Counted from the stretch's first letter, positions 48,322 through 57,487 are shown. The stretch: 64,000 bases of DNA from an uncultured Solirubrobacteraceae bacterium (GCA_963774155.1 CAVZDW010000008.1:389732-453731); one strand, 5' to 3'. Translations and numbers: made by a program. Notes: generated by a model not told the origin, from the sequence alone.

Positions 48322-51300
48322 TGTCGATCAATAGCTCCGGCGGACGAGGAACACGAGCGACGTTCCTTCTGCCGGCGAGCGGCGGGCCTCGCCGCGCTGC
48401 TCGCCGGTCTGATCGCGCTGCCCGGTCCCGCTCCCGCCGCCGCGGAACGGCTCGTCGTCGTCGACCATCCGAGCGGTGACGCTCGCAGCGTGCAGGCCGT
48501 GCGCGGCGCGCTGACCGGGCCGGCGGAGGGCGACCGCGCCGCCGTCGCGCGGCGCTGGGTCCGGACCAACCGCGCGGCGCTCGGCCTGACCGCCGGCGAC
48601 GTCGACGAGCTCAGCCTGGACCAGCGCAGCGTCGACCAGGGCACCGGCATCACGCACCTGCGCTTCCGCCAGGCCGCCGGCGGCATCCCCGCCTTCGACG
48701 GCGGGCTCCGGGTCAACCTCGATCGCGGCGGGCGCATCCTCAACGTCACGAGCACGGCGGTGTCCGGGCTCGGGGAGGGCAGCACGGCGCCTCGGCTCGA
48801 TGCCCAGGCGGCCCTGCGCGCGCTCGGCGCCCCACGCCCGGTCCCCATCGTCGACGGCCCGGCGGGCGTGCGCCGCACCACCCGCTTCGCGGGCGGCGAC
48901 TTCGCCCGCCTCGTGCGCTTCGGCGCCCGCGGACGGCTCGCGTGGCATCTGACGTACCGCGCGTCCTCGGTCGCGCACTACGACGCGGTCGTCGACGCGA
49001 CCACCGGCGCGATCCTCTTCCGCCAGAACCTCACGCGCTTCGACGCCGGCGCGCTCGTCTATCGCAGCCACCCGACCGCGACGGCCCCTACCGCGGTCGA
49101 TCTCGAGGACCCGGGCTGGCTCCCCGCCGGCGCGAACGTCCTCAGCGGCCGGTACGCGCTCGCCTACTCCGACCTCAACGGCAACGACCTGGTGTCCGCG
49201 TCGGAGCAGATCGTGCGCACGGCGCTGGACGACTTCCAGTACCCGTTCACCGCGTACGGCGGGCCCACGTGCGCCAACCCCGACGCCCGCTGCTCCTGGG
49301 CGCCGCCGAACAACTTCTCGGCCAACCGGGAGCAGAACGGCGTCCAGGCCTTCTACCTGGTCAACCGCTTCCGCGACCACCTGGCGCAGGACCCCGACAT
49401 CGGCTTCGACGGCTTCTCGGGCGTCGACGCCGTGCGCGTGGAGACCAACGACCCGGAGTTCCTCAACAACGCCAGCATGTCGACGCCGCCCGAGGGTTCT
49501 CCGCCGCGCCTGCAGCTCCACCGCTTCACCGGCGACGGGTTCCGCAACGTGAACGCGGGCGACTCGGCGGCCATCGTCTGGCACGAGTACACGCACGGGC
49601 TGTCGAGCCGCCTGGTGACCTACGACGACGGCTCGGCCGCGCTCTCGAGCCCGCAGGCGGGCGCGATGGGGGAGGGCTGGAGCGACTGGTACGCGCTCGA
49701 CCTCCTGGCGCGCGACGGACTGCAGCCCGACACGGCGGCGACGGGGCAGATGGACGCCGGCGCCTACGTCGACCACGTGCCGCACACGCTGCGCACCGAG
49801 GGCCTGGACTGCCCGGTCGGCGTGGTCAGCGCGGGCTGCCCGGCCGGCGGCTACACGCTCGGGGACTTCGGCAAGATCGCCGGCGGTCCGGACGTCCACG
49901 CCGACGGCGAGATCTGGGGGCAGACGCTGTGGGACCTGCGCGTCGCGCTCGGCTCCGACCTGGCCCAGCGCCTGATCACCGCGGGCATGCGGATGTCCCC
50001 GCCCGAGCCGTCGTTCCTCGACATGCGCAACGCGATCGTGGCCGCCGAGGCCGGGCTCCCCGGCGACCATCGCGCGGCCGTCTGGGAGGTCTTCCGCAAG
50101 CGCGGGATGGGCTACTTCGCGCACGTGCGGGACGCCGGCGACGTCACCGCGGCCGAGGACTTCAGCGCGCCGCCGGCGCCCGGCGCGCCGCGCGGCGTGA
50201 CGACCGGCACGGTCACGTCGGCCGACACGGGCCTCCCCCTCGGTGACGTGACCGTGGGGTTCGCGGGCCTCGAGACCGACACGCAGTTCCCGGAGAGGCT
50301 CGTGGCACGCACGGCGTCGAACGGCAGCTACGCGCTCGAGGCGCCCGCCGGCCAGTACGGGGAGCTGACCTTCGAGGGCGCCGCCGGCTACGACCGCGTC
50401 GCCGTCCCCGCGTTCGTCGTGGCGGCCGGCGTCACGCGCGGACAGGACGTCGCGCTGCGCCGTGACTGGGCGGCGAGCGCGGGCGGGGCCGACATGCTCC
50501 TGAGCACCCGGTTCGACAACACGGGCGCGCCGTTCGGCTGCGGGCTGGCCCAGCTCGTCGACCAGCGTCAGGAGACCGGCTGGTCGGCCTGGAACCCGGC
50601 GAGCCCCGATCCCGCCAATCCGCGCCTCGGGGCACCGCAGGCCGTCGTCCGGCTCCCGGCGACGATCAACGTCACCGCGTTCGGGCTCGACCCCACCAAC
50701 ACGTGCGGCGGACCGGTCGGCTCGAGCACCGCGGGCTACCGGATCGAGGTGTCGGGCGACGGGGTGAACTACGCGGAGGCCCACCAGGGCACGTTCTCGG
50801 CCGCCGACCGCAACCGCCTCAACCTCGTCCCGGCCGCGCTCACCGGGGTCCGCTACGTGCGGCTCACCCTGCTGTCGCCGCTCTCTCCTTCGAGCGACTT
50901 CATCGACTTCTCCGAGCTCGAGGTCTTCGGCGGCCCGCCCAACCGGCTGCCGAGCGGCTCGCTCGCCGCCAGCCGGCTGCGCATCAGCGCGGGGGAGACG
51001 GTGGCCTTCGCCGCGTCGTTCACGGACTCCGACTCGCGGATCACCGGCTACGGCTGGGACTTCGACGGCAACGGCACGACGGACCGGGTCACCGGCGAGC
51101 CGTCGACCTCGTACACGTACCCGACCGCGGGCACCTTCGCCGCGACCGTCGCGGCCCAGGACTTCCGCGGCGGCGCGGGAACGGCCTCGCGCGCGATCAC
51201 CGTCGCCGCCCTGCCGAAGCCGTCGATCCGCCTGCCCAAGCGCGGGAGCAAGGGCAAGCTCACCTTCACCGTGAACTGCACCCAGCGCTGCACGATGGTC

Positions 51301-51504
51301 AGCCGCCTGCGGGTGCGGGGCAAGACCGTGCGCACCGTCCGGCGCACGCTCAACGGCCGGCGCAGCGTGCGCATGACCCTGCCGCAGAAGGTCCGCCGCT
51401 CGGGCCGGCGGCGCGGCTACGTCCAGGCGAAGCTGACCGTGACCGTGCGCTACGCGGACGGCCGCTCGCGGACCTCGCGCCGCACGGTGCGCATCCGCGT
51501 GTAG
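48322..51504 (+). CDS. Secreted multidomain metalloprotease: FTP propeptide - M36 fungalysin - CarboxypepD_reg-like - F5/8 type C - PKD - Arg-rich C-terminal domain
   Basis: Zinc site VWHEYTHGLSSRL and GAMGEGWSDWYAL (M36). FTP-like THLRFRQAAGGIPAF. Discoidin-like VRYVRLTLLSP...SELEVFG. PKD GYGWDFDGNGTTD...YTYPTAGTF. The first canonical start is GTG 48490, but a signal-peptide-like segment is encoded in frame upstream. Confidence 0.85.
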   Translation, partial: CRSIAPADEEHERRSFCRRAAGLAALLAGLIALPGPAPAAAERLVVVDHPSGDARSVQAVRGALTGPAEGDRAAVARRWVRTNRAALGLTAGDVDELSLDQRSVDQGTGITHLRFRQAAGGIPAFDGGLRVNLDRGGRILNVTSTAVSGLGEGSTAPRLDAQAALRALGAPRPVPIVDGPAGVRRTTRFAGGDFARLVRFGARGRLAWHLTYRASSVAHYDAVVDATTGAILFRQNLTRFDAGALVYRSHPTATAPTAVDLEDPGWLPAGANVLSGRYALAYSDLNGNDLVSASEQIVRTALDDFQYPFTAYGGPTCANPDARCSWAPPNNFSANREQNGVQAFYLVNRFRDHLAQDPDIGFDGFSGVDAVRVETNDPEFLNNASMSTPPEGSPPRLQLHRFTGDGFRNVNAGDSAAIVWHEYTHGLSSRLVTYDDGSAALSSPQAGAMGEGWSDWYALDLLARDGLQPDTAATGQMDAGAYVDHVPHTLRTEGLDCPVGVVSAGCPAGGYTLGDFGKIAGGPDVHADGEIWGQTLWDLRVALGSDLAQRLITAGMRMSPPEPSFLDMRNAIVAAEAGLPGDHRAAVWEVFRKRGMGYFAHVRDAGDVTAAEDFSAPPAPGAPRGVTTGTVTSADTGLPLGDVTVGFAGLETDTQFPERLVARTASNGSYALEAPAGQYGELTFEGAAGYDRVAVPAFVVAAGVTRGQDVALRRDWAASAGGADMLLSTRFDNTGAPFGCGLAQLVDQRQETGWSAWNPASPDPANPRLGAPQAVVRLPATINVTAFGLDPTNTCGGPVGSSTAGYRIEVSGDGVNYAEAHQGTFSAADRNRLNLVPAALTGVRYVRLTLLSPLSPSSDFIDFSELEVFGGPPNRLPSGSLAASRLRISAGETVAFAASFTDSDSRITGYGWDFDGNGTTDRVTGEPSTSYTYPTAGTFAATVAAQDFRGGAGTASRAITVAALPKPSIRLPKRGSKGKLTFTVNCTQRCTMVSRLRVRGKTVRTVRRTLNGRRSVRMTLPQKVRRSGRRRGYVQAKLTVTVRYADGRSRTSRRTVRIRV

Positions 51505-51607
51505 GGATGCGGGGGTAGACCGTACCTTGAAACGCGGGCTCGCCACCGTCTCACTGAGGGGCCTGCCCGCATTGGAGAGCGGCCGCCGTGGTGTGAGTCT
51601 TTCGACC

Positions 51608-51814
51608 ATGACGACCGCCCTCGATGCCCGCAACAAGCTGCAGCGCTTGCAGGCCGAGCGGCTCGACGCCGTCGATGCCGGGCTCGGCCAGAACGCGCTC
51701 TACATGAACGACCTCGAGCAGGACATCGAGGCGTCCCGCGCCGTGTACGTCGGCCTTGCCGTGACCGAGATCGCCGCGCTGCGAGCCCAGCTCAGCAGCC
51801 CGCAGCACGGCTGA
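51608..51814 (+). CDS. Small hypothetical helical protein (68 aa)
   Basis: ATG 51608 within ORF 51527..51814. High GC3. No family. Confidence 0.4.
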   Translation: MTTALDARNKLQRLQAERLDAVDAGLGQNALYMNDLEQDIEASRAVYVGLAVTEIAALRAQLSSPQHG

Positions 51815-51909
51815 ACTCCCGGTCTACGCGACGCCGTCCGGCACCGTCGGATCGGTGAAATCGCCAGTGGCCGGGCCTAGTGTCCCGAGTCACCAGTAGC
51901 GTGAGCGGC

Positions 51910-52239
51910 ATGCCCAAGCGCGACGCCGATCTCGTCTGGTCCAGCGACCGCGGCGACCAGCGCGGCGCACGCCGTGACGAGCCGGCGCGGCCCGCCGCCG
52001 GCGGCCGCGTGAAGGTCCGGCGCGAGGTCGCGGGCCGGCGCGGGAAGGGCGTCACCACGATCTCCGGCGTGCCGCTCGACGACGCGGGCCTGCGCGAGCT
52101 CGCCGGCCGGCTCAAGAAGCGCTGCGGGGTCGGCGGCTCGGCGAAGGACGGCGTGATCGAGCTCCAGGGCGACCACCGTGAGGTGGTCGTCGAGGTGCTA
52201 CGCGCCGACGGCTACGACGTGGTGCTCGCGGGCGGTTAG
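51910..52239 (+). CDS. yciH: Translation initiation factor SUI1/eIF1 family (YciH-like)
   Basis: VKVRREVAGRRGKGVTTISGVPLDDAGLRELAGRLKKRCGVGGSAKDGVIELQGDHRE. Confidence 0.85.
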   Translation: MPKRDADLVWSSDRGDQRGARRDEPARPAAGGRVKVRREVAGRRGKGVTTISGVPLDDAGLRELAGRLKKRCGVGGSAKDGVIELQGDHREVVVEVLRADGYDVVLAGG

Positions 52240-53571
52240 GACGACGGCGGCCGTGTCGTCGGTGACGATGTCGGCCCGCTCGCCGACGGCGACCAGCAGG
52301 GCGGTCGCATCCGGCGCGTCCTGGGCGGCGAGCATCTCGGTGACCCGGTCGCGCCCCAGCCGCCCGGGGCCGAGCCGGGCGTCCTCGAGCCCGTCCGTGT
52401 AGAGGCAGACCGACACGCCGGCGCTCAGCGTCAGCTCGAACTCCGGCCACACCTCGCCCAGGCCGAGGCCGATCGGGCAGGCCGCCGTCTCGGCATCGGG
52501 ATCGTGCTCGGCGCCGAGGACGATCGGCGGCGCATGACCGGCCTTGGCGTAGGTCAGGACCTCGGTACGCGGGTCGTAGATCGCGGCGACGACGGTGACG
52601 AAGTGCGGCGGCAGGTCGCGCGCGAGCAGGCGGTCGGCCTGGGCGAGCGCCGCGCCGGGCGCGTGGCCGGCGGCCAGCAGGGTGCGCAGCGTGTAGCGGG
52701 CGAGCGCGGCCTGGGTGACCGAGTCGCGGCCGTGGCCGGAGACGTCGCCCAGCAGGATGCCGACGCGGCCGTCGCCGAGGCAGAAGACGTCGTAGAAGTC
52801 GCCGCCCGCGGCGGGTCCGTCGGCGGGCCGGTAGGCGGCCGAGACGGAGAGGCCGTCGAGCTCGTCGGGCACCGGCGGGAGCAGGGCGCCGGAGAGCAGC
52901 CCGATGTCGCCCAGCAGCTCCTCGCGCTGCTCCTCGAGCGCGGAGCGCTGGCGCGACTGCCAGAACGCGCTGCCGGCCAGCCCGAGCGCCAGCGCCGCGA
53001 TGCCGAGCAGCGCCCACAGCACGGCCGCGGGGAGGTCCTCGACGACGTCGATGACGCTCGCGGTGAACGGGCGGCTGTCGGACTCGGACGCCGGCGCGGC
53101 GGCGCGCGGCTGGGCGACCGCGCCGCCGGTGGCGGCGACGAGCCGTTCGACGCGGGCCTTCGCGGACCGCTTCGCGGGCGGCTGCGCCGCGGCCCGGGCA
53201 CGGCGCCGGGCGGCGGCCGTCCGGGTCGTCCGGGTCGGCCGCGGGGCGGCGCGCGCGGGGCGGTCGCCGGCGGGAGTCGCGGGGTCGGCCGGCCGGGTCG
53301 GCGTTGCCGCGGAGGCGGGCGCAGGCGTCGCCGGGGCGGTCTTGGACTCGGGCACCGCCGCGGGCGCGGGCGGCGGGGCCGGGACGCTGGGGACGTCGGG
53401 AACCGGCGGGGCGGGGAGCTTCGGCAGCTCGACCGGCGGAGCGTCGACCACCACCGGCGGCGGATCGAGGTTGAGGACCGGCGGCAGGTCGATGACGACC
53501 GGCGGCAGGTCGAGGGCAGGCGGAGCCGCCGCGGCGAGTGCCGCTGCGAGCGCCAGCTTGGTTGTCAGCAT
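52198..53571 (-). CDS. Membrane-bound PP2C/SpoIIE-family phosphatase with an extracytoplasmic proline-rich N-terminal region
   Basis: Signal-like N-terminus, PPV-rich repeats and a TM helix (LWALLGIAALALGLAGSAFW). PP2C motifs: GGDFYDV, LLGDVSGHG, LYTDGLED, DDTAAVVL. A 21-nt tandem duplication (GACCGGCGGCAGGTCGA at 53476-53492 and 53497-53513) encodes the DLPPVVI/DLPPVLN repeat. The 3' end overlaps yciH by 42 nt. Confidence 0.8.
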   Translation of the reverse strand: MLTTKLALAAALAAAAPPALDLPPVVIDLPPVLNLDPPPVVVDAPPVELPKLPAPPVPDVPSVPAPPPAPAAVPESKTAPATPAPASAATPTRPADPATPAGDRPARAAPRPTRTTRTAAARRRARAAAQPPAKRSAKARVERLVAATGGAVAQPRAAAPASESDSRPFTASVIDVVEDLPAAVLWALLGIAALALGLAGSAFWQSRQRSALEEQREELLGDIGLLSGALLPPVPDELDGLSVSAAYRPADGPAAGGDFYDVFCLGDGRVGILLGDVSGHGRDSVTQAALARYTLRTLLAAGHAPGAALAQADRLLARDLPPHFVTVVAAIYDPRTEVLTYAKAGHAPPIVLGAEHDPDAETAACPIGLGLGEVWPEFELTLSAGVSVCLYTDGLEDARLGPGRLGRDRVTEMLAAQDAPDATALLVAVGERADIVTDDTAAVVLTAREHHVVAVGA

Positions 53572-53578
53572 GCCCACC

Positions 53579-53598
53579 GCCTGAGCCTCTGCTCAGGC
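53579..53598. terminator. GC-rich hairpin downstream of the 53648..54061 gene
   Basis: GCCTGAGC-ctct-GCTCAGGC (8-bp stem, 4-nt loop). No clear U-tract on the minus strand. Confidence 0.35.
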
Positions 53599-53647
53599 TT
53601 CGGCACCGTTCAGGGACGCCTTGAGGCCGATGTACATTCCCGGACGC

Positions 53648-54061
53648 TCAGGTCGAGGCACGCATGCGGTTGTTGCGCGGGTTGTGCTCGACCTCGGAGC
53701 GACCGAGCACCTCCATCACGGGCGGGACGTAGTTGGCGAACCGCCCCCGCAGGCCCTTCTTGAGCCCGTACCAGCCGCCGACCGGGTTCTCGGGCGACCG
53801 CGCCCACGCCTCGACGCTCCCGTCGGCGGCCGGCTTCTGCTCGTCGGCGCTCCCGAGCGGGATCCAGTCGCCGTGCTCGCGCAGCATCGCCTCGAGGTCG
53901 TCGAGGCAGCGCAGGTGGTAGCGCAGCTCGGTCTTGCCGACCTGCACGACGAGCGCCGGCGGATCGGCCGCCTCGTCGCGGTACGCGGTGTACTCCGAGC
54001 CGCCGCTCGGCGTCTGCAGCACCCACGGGTGCTCGCGGGTGCCCTGCTCGTCGGATGCCAT
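53648..54061 (-). CDS. Conserved hypothetical protein (137 aa)
   Basis: EHPWVLQTPSGGSEYTAYRDEAADPPALVVQVGKTELRYHLRCLDDLEAMLREHGDWIPLGSADEQKP...NPVGGWYGLKKGLRGRF looks like a widely conserved uncharacterised family. This is from memory and not verifiable here. Confidence 0.6.
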   Translation of the reverse strand: MASDEQGTREHPWVLQTPSGGSEYTAYRDEAADPPALVVQVGKTELRYHLRCLDDLEAMLREHGDWIPLGSADEQKPAADGSVEAWARSPENPVGGWYGLKKGLRGRFANYVPPVMEVLGRSEVEHNPRNNRMRAST

Positions 54062-54071
54062 GAGCGAGAGC

Positions 54072-54123
54072 GTAACGAAAACGTTACGGTAACGGGTGCG
54101 TTACCTCTACTCCAGGTGGAGTA
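54072..54123. promoter_or_regulatory. Three consecutive perfect palindromes in a divergent intergenic region
   Basis: GTAACGaaaaCGTTAC (54072-54087), GGTAACGggtgCGTTACC (54088-54105), TACTCCAggTGGAGTA (54108-54123). Confidence 0.55.
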
Positions 54124-54183
54124 CGCGAAAGACCCCTCCGTCGCCCGACGACCGCGGCGACGGGTGTGAGCCACCATGGGCGG

Positions 54184-54861
54184 ATGAAGATCGGAATCAT
54201 CGGCGCGGGGAACATCGGCAGCCAGATCGCGCGGCTCGCTGTCGCGCATGGCCACGAGGTCATCATCAGCAACTCACGTGGGCCGGAGACACTGCCGGCC
54301 GGACTGCTGGCGGAGCTCGGGGAGCGGGGCGCCGGAGCGACGGCCCGCGAGGCGGCCGAAGCGGGCGAGATCGTCGTCGTCGCCATCCCGCTCAAGAGCG
54401 AGCGCCAGGTCCCGGTCGAGCCGCTTGCCGGCAAGATCGTGATCGACGCCGACAACTACTACCCCGCGCGGGACGGGCACATCGCCGAGCTCGACGACGA
54501 ATCGACGACCGTCTCGGAGCTCCTGCAGGCCCACCTGCCGGAGTCCCGCGTGGTCAAGGCGTTCAACCACATCGCGGCGCCGGCGCTGACGGCTGACGCC
54601 CAGCCGCCCGGCACCGAGAACCGCCGCGCGCTGATCGTCGCCGGCGACGACCCGCAGGCGCGACAGGCGGTCGCCGACCTCATCGACTCCTTCGGCTTCG
54701 ATCCCGTCGACATCGGCCCGCTCGCGGAGGGCTGGCGCGTCCAGGCCGGCACGCCCGCCTACGTCAGCCGCTTCAACGCGGACGAGCTCGCTCAGAACGT
54801 CGCGGCGGCGAAGCGGCCATCGGGAGATGCGCCCCGCGGCATGAGGTGGGCTCGGCGCTAA
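54184..54861 (+). CDS. NADPH-dependent F420 reductase-like oxidoreductase (F420_oxidored/Npd family)
   Basis: MKIGIIGAGNIGSQIARLAVAHGHEVIISNSRGPETL, VVVAIPL, VKAFNHI, LIVAGDDPQARQAVADLIDSFGFDPVDIGPL. Confidence 0.8.
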   Translation: MKIGIIGAGNIGSQIARLAVAHGHEVIISNSRGPETLPAGLLAELGERGAGATAREAAEAGEIVVVAIPLKSERQVPVEPLAGKIVIDADNYYPARDGHIAELDDESTTVSELLQAHLPESRVVKAFNHIAAPALTADAQPPGTENRRALIVAGDDPQARQAVADLIDSFGFDPVDIGPLAEGWRVQAGTPAYVSRFNADELAQNVAAAKRPSGDAPRGMRWARR

Positions 54862-54882
54862 GCGCTGTAGCTTTCGGGCGGG

Positions 54883-56244
54883 ATGACCTTCACGGTCTTC
54901 GCCCAGCAGGTGGTCGACACGCTCGGCGGCAGGCCGCAGCCGGACGCGGTCCTCGCGCGCCAGATGCAGGCGCTCTCGCTGGCCATCCACATCCCGATCG
55001 TGTGCTTCGGGATCGCGTTCCCGGCCATGTTCCTGTTCGTCGAGGGCCTGTACCTGCGGACCGGCGACCTCACCTACAAGGCGCTGGCGAAGCGCTGGTC
55101 GAAGGTGGCGCTGGTCCTCTTCGCGGTCGGCGTGGTGACCGGGACGATCCTCTCGTTCGAGTTCGGGCTGCTCTGGCCCGAGTTCATGGCCTCGTTCGGC
55201 GAGGTCTTCGGGATCGCGTTCGGGCTCGAGGGGATCTCGTTCTTCGTCGAGGCGATCTTCATCGCGATCTACGTCTACGGCTGGGACCGGCTGAGCCGGC
55301 GCGGGCACTTCCTGGCCGGGATCCCGATCGTCATCTCGGGCTTCGCCGGCTCGTTCAACGTCATCGCCGTCAACGGCTGGATGAACCACCCGGAGGGCTT
55401 CGACGTGGTCGACGGCCGCGTGGTCAACCCGCAGCCGTGGGATGCGCTCCTGAACGCGCACCTCCCGCACGAGCTCATCCACATGTACCTGGCCGGCTAC
55501 ATCGTCGCCGGGTTCATCGTGGCCGGCGTCTACGCGTTCGCGTGGCTGCGCGGGAAGCGCGACCACTACCACCGGACCGGGCTCGTGGTGACGCTGGCCT
55601 TCGCCTGTCTGGCGGCGCCGGTGCAGGTCATCGTCGGCGACTGGGCGGCGCGCAACGTCGCCGAGAACCAGCCCGTGAAGCTCGCCGGCTTCGAGGGTCT
55701 CTACGAGACGCAGGAAGGCGCGCCGTTCACGCTCGGCGGGTTCTACGACTACGACGACAACGAGATGCGCTGGGGGATCGAGGTCCCGCGGTTGCTCTCG
55801 CTGCTCGCCTTCCATGACCCGAACGCCGAGGTCGTCGGGCTCGAGTCGGTGCCGGCCGACGACCGGCCGCCGGTGAACATCGTGCATTGGTCGTTCCAGA
55901 CGATGGTGGGCATCGGCACCGGGCTCGCGCTGCTCGGCGTCTGGTTCGTCGTGACGTGGCTGCGCAAGCGCCGATTGCCCCGCTCGCGCTGGTTCTACCG
56001 CGCCGTCATGGCCGCGGGCCCGCTGTCGTTCGTGGCCCTGATCTCCGGCTGGGTCACGACCGAGGTGGGACGCCAGCCGTGGATCGTCTACGAGGTGATG
56101 CGGACCGAGCAGGCGGTCACGTCGGCCAACGGGCTCGAGGTCGGCTACGCCTTCCTGCTGCTCGTGTACGTGGCGCTGGGCTTGGCGGTCGTATGGCTGC
56201 TGCGGCGGCTGACACGGGCGCCGGCCACGAGCGAGGTCGAGTGA
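54883..56244 (+). CDS. cydA: Cytochrome bd ubiquinol/menaquinol oxidase subunit I
   Basis: LARQMQALSLAIHIPIV, GLEGISFFVEAIFIAIYVYGW, GWMNHPEGF, GWVTTEVGRQPWIVYEVMRT. Confidence 0.92.
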   Translation: MTFTVFAQQVVDTLGGRPQPDAVLARQMQALSLAIHIPIVCFGIAFPAMFLFVEGLYLRTGDLTYKALAKRWSKVALVLFAVGVVTGTILSFEFGLLWPEFMASFGEVFGIAFGLEGISFFVEAIFIAIYVYGWDRLSRRGHFLAGIPIVISGFAGSFNVIAVNGWMNHPEGFDVVDGRVVNPQPWDALLNAHLPHELIHMYLAGYIVAGFIVAGVYAFAWLRGKRDHYHRTGLVVTLAFACLAAPVQVIVGDWAARNVAENQPVKLAGFEGLYETQEGAPFTLGGFYDYDDNEMRWGIEVPRLLSLLAFHDPNAEVVGLESVPADDRPPVNIVHWSFQTMVGIGTGLALLGVWFVVTWLRKRRLPRSRWFYRAVMAAGPLSFVALISGWVTTEVGRQPWIVYEVMRTEQAVTSANGLEVGYAFLLLVYVALGLAVVWLLRRLTRAPATSEVE

Positions 56245-57275
56245 TGGCCGACGTCTGCCTGGCCTTCGTGATGCTCGGGATCACCGCGTACGCGGTGCTG
56301 GGGAGCGCCGACTTCGGGGCGGGCTTCTGGGATCTCACGGCCGGCGGCGCGCGGCGCGGCTCGCGGCTGCGCGGGCTGGTGCAGTGGTCGATGAGCCCGG
56401 TCTGGGAGGCCAACCACGTCTGGCTCATCTTCGTGCTCGTGATCCTCTGGACGGCCTTCCCGAAGGTCTTCGGGTCGGTGTTCTCCACGCTGTCGATCCC
56501 GTTGTTCCTCGCCGCCATCGGGATCATCTTCCGCGGCGCGGCGTTCGCCCTCCGCGGCCAGGCGGGAACGATTCGCGAGGCCCGGATCCTGGGCGCGGTG
56601 TTCGCGTCCGCGTCGGTGCTGATCCCGTTCTTCATGGGCGCGGCGATCGGCGGGGTGATCTCGGGACGCGTGCCGGTGGGCAACGCGGCCGGCGATCCGT
56701 GGAGCTCGTGGCTGAACCCCACGTCGGTGTTCATCGGGGTCCTCGGCGTGGTGAGCGGCGCGTACCTGGCCGCGGTCTACCTGGCGGCCGATTCCCGGCG
56801 CGCCGGCGTCGCCGACCTCGAGGCCGCGTTCCGGGCACGTGCCCTGGGCGCCGGCGCCGTCGCGGGCGTGCTCGCGGCGGGCGGGTTGCTGGTGCTCCGC
56901 TCAGACGCGCGGCCGCTGTACGACGGGCTGACGTCGGGCGGCGGGCTCGTGATGGTGCTCGTCTCGGCCGCGTTCGGCGTGGTGACGCTGGCGCTGGTGT
57001 GGGTCGGGCGCTTCGGGCTCGCGCGGTTCAGCTCGGCGGCCGCCGTCGCCGCGGTGGTGGTCGGCTGGGCTCTGGCGCAGCGGCCCTACGTCCTGCCGCC
57101 GGAGCTGACCCTGGACGAGGCGGCGGCGGCCGACGCGACGCTGTCGGCGGTGGTGATCGGCGTGTCGGCGGGCTTCGTCATCCTGGTTCCCTCGTTGTGG
57201 CTCCTGTATCGGCTCGTGCTCCAGGGCCGGCTGGATCAGGAGTACCAGCCCTTCGAGCAGCGCTTCCACGTATGA
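56244..57275 (+). CDS. cydB: Cytochrome bd oxidase subunit II
   Basis: AYAVLGSADFGAGFWDL, WEANHVWLIF, IIFRGAAFALRGQ. TGATG overlap with the cydA stop. Confidence 0.9.
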   Translation: MADVCLAFVMLGITAYAVLGSADFGAGFWDLTAGGARRGSRLRGLVQWSMSPVWEANHVWLIFVLVILWTAFPKVFGSVFSTLSIPLFLAAIGIIFRGAAFALRGQAGTIREARILGAVFASASVLIPFFMGAAIGGVISGRVPVGNAAGDPWSSWLNPTSVFIGVLGVVSGAYLAAVYLAADSRRAGVADLEAAFRARALGAGAVAGVLAAGGLLVLRSDARPLYDGLTSGGGLVMVLVSAAFGVVTLALVWVGRFGLARFSSAAAVAAVVVGWALAQRPYVLPPELTLDEAAAADATLSAVVIGVSAGFVILVPSLWLLYRLVLQGRLDQEYQPFEQRFHV

Positions 57276-57451
57276 GGCTCGCCCTCGCCTGTCTCGTCGT
57301 CGGCACGCTCCTGATGGTCGGCTTCGAGTACGCCGTCACGCGCGTTGTGGGGGTCGTGCTGCTCTTCGCCTTCATCGTGCTCGGCGTGTTCGCGATCGCC
57401 GACCCCGCGTTCCTCTCCCGCGACGACGACCGAGATGTGAGCGAGTCGTGA
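57272..57451 (+). CDS. Small two-helix membrane protein translationally coupled to cydB
   Basis: MRLALACLVVGTLLMVGFEYAVTRVVGVVLLFAFIVLGVFAIADPAFLSRDDDRDVSES. ATGA overlap with the cydB stop. Confidence 0.5.
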   Translation: MRLALACLVVGTLLMVGFEYAVTRVVGVVLLFAFIVLGVFAIADPAFLSRDDDRDVSES

Positions 57452-57487
57452 CCGGAGGTTGGGTTCGTCGAAAGACGGGAATCAGGA

